Below are positions 13,362 through 16,983 of a stretch of DNA of 16,983 nt, piece by piece (the stretch's first letter is position 1; the number at the start of each line of letters is the position of its first letter). The DNA lies in the IMG/VR virus record IMGVR_UViG_3300045988_117943, positions 1 through 16,983 of that record, one strand, 5' to 3'. The notes beneath the pieces were generated by a model. It did no database searches. It was given only the letters and a program-made list of their open reading frames with translations, and was not told the DNA's origin. A program made the translations under genes and the position numbers. This stretch comes from a virus.

Positions 13362-14285
13362 ATGTCACAAAAAAGAAGTTTATTTGGTTATTCTAAAAGT
13401 CCTACAGACTATGCACAAATGGAAACATTTGAAACGGAAAACATATATCAAAGCTATTTACTACAAATAGCTTTGAATATGTTCCAATATGAAAATCTAC
13501 CAGAAAGCATTGACGAATTTTATTTAGAATATATTTTACAAACAAGAGGATTCTTGATTATTGTAAATGATGATATTTTCGGTTTGACCGCTTTGGAGTG
13601 TGCTATGGGCGGACGAATCAATCACTATTATCTTCCTATTAGTTTTAGAGGGGTTGACCCAACAGGAGAACTCACGAAAAACTATTCTTTGGATGAAGTT
13701 GTTCTATGTAAGAACAGTCCGCTTTTTGTTGGAACGATTCCTTTTATAAACTATTATGCGCGTGAACTTTCCCTATGTTCAAGAACTATTGACGTAAACT
13801 TAGACGCTCAATGGACACCGTATATCATTGCAGGTGACAAGCGCATGAAATCCATGTTTCAGAATTTTATAGACCAAGTAAGAAAAGGTGTGAAAACTAT
13901 ATTCACATGGTCAAACTTTGATTTAAATAGTATAAACGTTTTGCCGACACAGGCACCGTGGGTAGCGGAATCTGTCAACGTTTTAAAGCAATCTATTCTT
14001 AGAGAATGTATGACTGTTCTAGGAATTGACAATGCCAACCAAGATAAAAAGGAACGTGTGCAAAGTGCAGAAGTAAACGCGAACAATACACAAATCATTG
14101 CGTCACGCAATATTTGGCTTTCCGAACGAGAAAAGTTTGTGAAAAAGCTGAATGAAAAATATGGAACGAATGTGAAAGTATCATTTAGAGCCTATAACGA
14201 TATTTTGGATATGATTGAAGTAAACAACAATTCTATTGATTTAGACATTTCAAAAGGCGGTGAAGAAAATGCAAACGATGAGTAA
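13362..14285 (+). CDS. Portal / head-tail connector (upper collar), phi29 gp10-like (307 aa)
   Basis: YENLPESID vs WENLPPTIN, GIDNANQDKKERVQSAEVNANNTQI vs [25 protein letters not shown], and KLNEKYGTNVKVSFR vs KINELYGLNVKVKFR, compared with phi29 gp10 (309 aa, as recalled). Confidence 0.93.
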   Translation: MSQKRSLFGYSKSPTDYAQMETFETENIYQSYLLQIALNMFQYENLPESIDEFYLEYILQTRGFLIIVNDDIFGLTALECAMGGRINHYYLPISFRGVDPTGELTKNYSLDEVVLCKNSPLFVGTIPFINYYARELSLCSRTIDVNLDAQWTPYIIAGDKRMKSMFQNFIDQVRKGVKTIFTWSNFDLNSINVLPTQAPWVAESVNVLKQSILRECMTVLGIDNANQDKKERVQSAEVNANNTQIIASRNIWLSEREKFVKKLNEKYGTNVKVSFRAYNDILDMIEVNNNSIDLDISKGGEENANDE

Positions 14286-14955
14286 ATATACCATGATGCT
14301 AAGCAAAGTTTGTGACGCACTTACAAACGTAGAACGATTACAAAGTGATTATGAATTAACACGCGATGAAATCATTGAGATTGCACGAAAGAAGATTTTT
14401 GATTTTGATTATGAATTTTATAGCGATACGGACGAAGAAGAAGAAAAGAAAAAAGCGTTAGAAACAGGAATCATCCACCATTTCTTTTTTGACGAAATTG
14501 GACAGGAAACGTATGAATATTGGCATTTTGAACTCAGACATTGGATGATTGTAAATATGCCACGTTATTACAGTCTGTTTAAAACTATTCCTTTCCAAGA
14601 CCAAGAAAATCCGACATGGAACACCAGTTATGATGAAGAATACACGAGAGGAACAACGGGAAGAAGTAAGGCAAGTGGAAAAGATAAAGCTACAAATCTT
14701 ACAAGCGCAACACCACAAGGACGTGTAGACTTAGAAAGTACGGGATATGTTGACAGTATTGCGCAGTCTATTTCCGAACCGAACTCACAGACAGATTCAG
14801 AGGGAACGGAAACTTATAAGTTTCACAGGTCCGGAAATATTGGGGTGCAGACTTTAGCGCAAGTATTGCAAGGTTCTCGTGACGCTATTATTACAATAGA
14901 AACATCATTATATTACGAGATGATGGACTATGGCTTATTTTACCAATTATTTTAA
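14269..14955 (+). CDS. Lower collar protein, phi29 gp11 position (228 aa from ATG 14269)
   Basis: The call rests on its position immediately after the portal. The ORF opens at GTG 14260; ATG 14269 and ATG 14278 are both plausible starts after SD AAAGGCGGTG. No motif was recognised independently. Confidence 0.6.
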   Translation: MQTMSKYTMMLSKVCDALTNVERLQSDYELTRDEIIEIARKKIFDFDYEFYSDTDEEEEKKKALETGIIHHFFFDEIGQETYEYWHFELRHWMIVNMPRYYSLFKTIPFQDQENPTWNTSYDEEYTRGTTGRSKASGKDKATNLTSATPQGRVDLESTGYVDSIAQSISEPNSQTDSEGTETYKFHRSGNIGVQTLAQVLQGSRDAIITIETSLYYEMMDYGLFYQLF

Positions 14956-14967
14956 GGAGTGATTTTC

Positions 14968-15744
14968 ATGGGAAAAAGCTATCAAGAATTTAAAAATATG
15001 GTATTGAATAATGGCTATGATTTAGATGGAGCATATGGCGCTCAGTGTTGGGATGGGTATGCTAAGTATGCACAGTATTTAGGTCAAACCGTTTGTCGAT
15101 GTTCTTTGACGGGATATGTTGGAGATATTTATACCTTGCGAAATTCAAACGGTATCTTAAATTATAACTCTTTACAGTATGTGCTCAAAAAAGGCGATAT
15201 CGTAACCTTTCAAAAAAGCTATTATACACCTTATACACATATTGCAATATATGACGGAGATTGTGGCAATGGCTATGGATATTTTCTAGGACAAAACCAA
15301 GGCGGAAAAGCCTATCCAACAGGTGGCGCAAATTTTAACATAGTTAAACTACCCTATAGCATTACAGATTATTATGCATTTAGACCGAATGTGCTGAATG
15401 AGCATAGCGAAAGTGGATTGAATCAATATGGATGTGATGATATCTTACACGTAGGGTCACACGTGTCTAGTAAACCAATGAAAATCGGAAACCAAGGATT
15501 GAAAAATATTAGTGGTGATATGTGTTGCTATCTCGAAGAACTAGGCGGATGGTATCCTATCTCACAAGTTAGTGAATATGATGCAAGCGACGGTAACAAA
15601 GACAATTATTTGGCGAACACCAATGCGGTTGTTTATTTGGATGAAAAGATTGTGACAGAATTGGACGTGACTAAAAATCGTGTGAAATTAAACAATGGAA
15701 TATGGGTCAACGCTACACCGCTCATTGAGGTAGTAGATGCCTAA
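14968..15744 (+). CDS. Endolysin: N-terminal CHAP amidase/endopeptidase plus C-terminal SH3-like cell-wall-binding domain (258 aa)
   Basis: ATG 14968 follows SD AAGGAG at 8 nt; the track start at 14959 is a GTG inside the SD. The CHAP catalytic signatures are GAQCWDG (Cys) and YTHIAIYDG (His). The C-terminal ~100 aa are beta-rich and SH3b-like. Confidence 0.85.
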   Translation: MGKSYQEFKNMVLNNGYDLDGAYGAQCWDGYAKYAQYLGQTVCRCSLTGYVGDIYTLRNSNGILNYNSLQYVLKKGDIVTFQKSYYTPYTHIAIYDGDCGNGYGYFLGQNQGGKAYPTGGANFNIVKLPYSITDYYAFRPNVLNEHSESGLNQYGCDDILHVGSHVSSKPMKIGNQGLKNISGDMCCYLEELGGWYPISQVSEYDASDGNKDNYLANTNAVVYLDEKIVTELDVTKNRVKLNNGIWVNATPLIEVVDA

Positions 15745-16753
15745 AAAATTCAAATGGTATGACCCCGCCCGTGCGAAGTCTTATGACAAATTTCTAAACT
15801 TTATTTTAGGTGGTCGTGGTATCGGTAAAACTTATGGGTTTAAAAAAGATGCAATTAAAAGGTTCAAGACAAAAGGAGAGCAGTTCTTTTATATAAAAAG
15901 ACATAAAACAGATATGCAAAACATAGATACGTTCTTGAATGATATGATTGAGAATTTTCCAAAAGATAAATTTAAAATAAGTGCTGGAAAGAAATTTACA
16001 AGATTTTATATAAATGGATTGGAAATGGGATATGCCATGCCGTTGAGTTTGTATGCGAACCTAAAGTCAAGTTCCTTTAATAAAGTAACCACGATTATTT
16101 TTGATGAGTTTCTACCGGAAAAAGGCGGGTATAATATGTACATTCCTAATGAGGTGGAAATCTTCTTGAATATGGTGGACTCAATCTTTAGACAACGGAA
16201 CGGGCACGTTTATTTATTGGCAAACAAAACGTCTATCAGTTCCCCTTACTTTAGTTATTTCAATATTACAGTAAACGCAAACAAGGAGTTTAACACATTC
16301 AATTTTAATGATTCAGTAAAACAAATACTAATTCAAAACTGCGGAGATGATTATTCTAAAGGTGACGGAGAAAAGTCACGCTTTCAAACTTTGATACAAG
16401 GCACACGTTATGGAGATTATAACAGTGGCGAGTTCGCCTATGATACAAATGATTTTATAGCCAAAAAGGAAAAAACCGCGAGATATTTTGCAACGCTTTA
16501 CCTAGACGGATTCTATTATGGTGTGTATATCGATACAATGTTAGGTAAATTTTATATTGACAAGGATGTGAATATGGAATATCCATATAAATATGCGATT
16601 GGAAACAATCGTTGTGAGAATATGATTCTTGCGAAAGAATGGCGCAAGGATTATAAACTGAGCGCTATTGTACGTAACTTTAGAGCGGGTAACATTTGGT
16701 TCAGTAATGCACAAGTTAAAACTGACATGACGTATATATTATCAAAATTCTAA
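15737..16753 (+). CDS. DNA encapsidation (packaging) ATPase, phi29 gp16-like (338 aa)
   Basis: Walker A is ILGGRGIGKTY (compare phi29 gp16 GARGIGKSY). Walker B is TTIIFDEF. It is the right-terminal gene, as in phi29. The last four codons and the stop lie inside the right ITR. Confidence 0.92.
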   Translation: MPKKFKWYDPARAKSYDKFLNFILGGRGIGKTYGFKKDAIKRFKTKGEQFFYIKRHKTDMQNIDTFLNDMIENFPKDKFKISAGKKFTRFYINGLEMGYAMPLSLYANLKSSSFNKVTTIIFDEFLPEKGGYNMYIPNEVEIFLNMVDSIFRQRNGHVYLLANKTSISSPYFSYFNITVNANKEFNTFNFNDSVKQILIQNCGDDYSKGDGEKSRFQTLIQGTRYGDYNSGEFAYDTNDFIAKKEKTARYFATLYLDGFYYGVYIDTMLGKFYIDKDVNMEYPYKYAIGNNRCENMILAKEWRKDYKLSAIVRNFRAGNIWFSNAQVKTDMTYILSKF

Positions 16754-16983
16754 CTTGCCATTCCCGTCTATTTATGCTATACTATTTATGTAATGAGTAG
16801 GTATTTCTTTTCATTCCCCCTCCCTTTCGCTGACCACTTCATGGCACGGTGGTTGGCAAGTACAGGACAGTGCGGTAAGGTACTGTGATGTGACGTGAGG
16901 TCACGTGAGTGACAGTGAGGTCGGTTGAGTTATGGTGAGTAGCTTGACCGGCCTTTTCTTGTGGGGAGAGATTGCGGGGCAAT
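16742..16983. repeat. Right inverted terminal repeat (242 bp)
   Basis: Exact reverse complement of 1..242 by hand comparison. Confidence 0.97.
16755..16783 (+). promoter_or_regulatory. Outward-facing (rightward) extended -10 promoter inside the right ITR
   Basis: TTGCCA (16755-16760), 17 nt, TGcTATACT (-10 hexamer 16778-16783). No ORF lies downstream. A run-off transcript would cover the terminal ~194 nt. Confidence 0.4.

Noticed and set aside
1221-14718. All other minus-strand track ORFs: 1221-1460, 2008-2247, 2772-2993, 4117-4335, 4562-4756, 6957-7178, 8004-8246, 8249-8491, 9175-9438, 9953-10246, 11200-11448, 11498-11683, 13859-14110 and 14458-14718
   Set aside because: Each lies wholly antisense to + strand sequence, nearly all of it well-supported genes with recognisable motifs. 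They are short (61-97 aa), lack SD sequences, and have shadow-ORF composition.
1-16983. Searched for lysogeny or mobile-element genes (integrase, repressor, transposase), CRISPR arrays and toxin-antitoxin pairs
   Set aside because: No ORF shows integrase or recombinase motifs, and no spaced direct-repeat array is present. The only long repeat is the ITR, which is explained by protein-primed linear replication.

Overview
The window looks like a complete 16,983-bp linear genome of a small phi29-like, protein-primed podophage (Picovirinae/Salasmaviridae-type) from a low-GC Gram-positive host. It is bounded by a perfect 242-bp inverted terminal repeat (ITR). All credible genes are on the + strand; the minus-strand ORFs in the track look like shadow ORFs. 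Order, left to right: (1) a consensus sigma-A promoter and six small early ORFs with no recognisable function (457-2046); (2) a replication module syntenic with the phi29 early operon: p5-like SSB, terminal protein, family-B protein-primed DNA polymerase, and a small basic RHH-like protein (2128-5327); (3) a 218-bp intergenic region holding a promoter-to-terminator unit for a ~155-nt structured RNA, which I read as a prohead/packaging RNA (pRNA)-like candidate; (4) late genes: scaffold, major capsid with a C-terminal Ig-like domain, a BhlA/YvrJ-like membrane protein, four small fibre-like proteins, a two-domain tail lysin, gp9-like tail knob, gp10-like portal, lower collar, CHAP endolysin, and a gp16-like packaging ATPase whose stop codon lies inside the right ITR. 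No integrase, repressor module, tRNA or CRISPR array was seen, so the phage appears strictly lytic. The points most worth follow-up are the pRNA-like RNA, the GC-rich ITRs that carry outward-facing promoters, the paralogous fibre N-terminal module, and the reversed domain order of the tail lysin. All homology statements rest on motif recognition and my recollection of phi29 protein sequences, and need HMM/BLAST confirmation.
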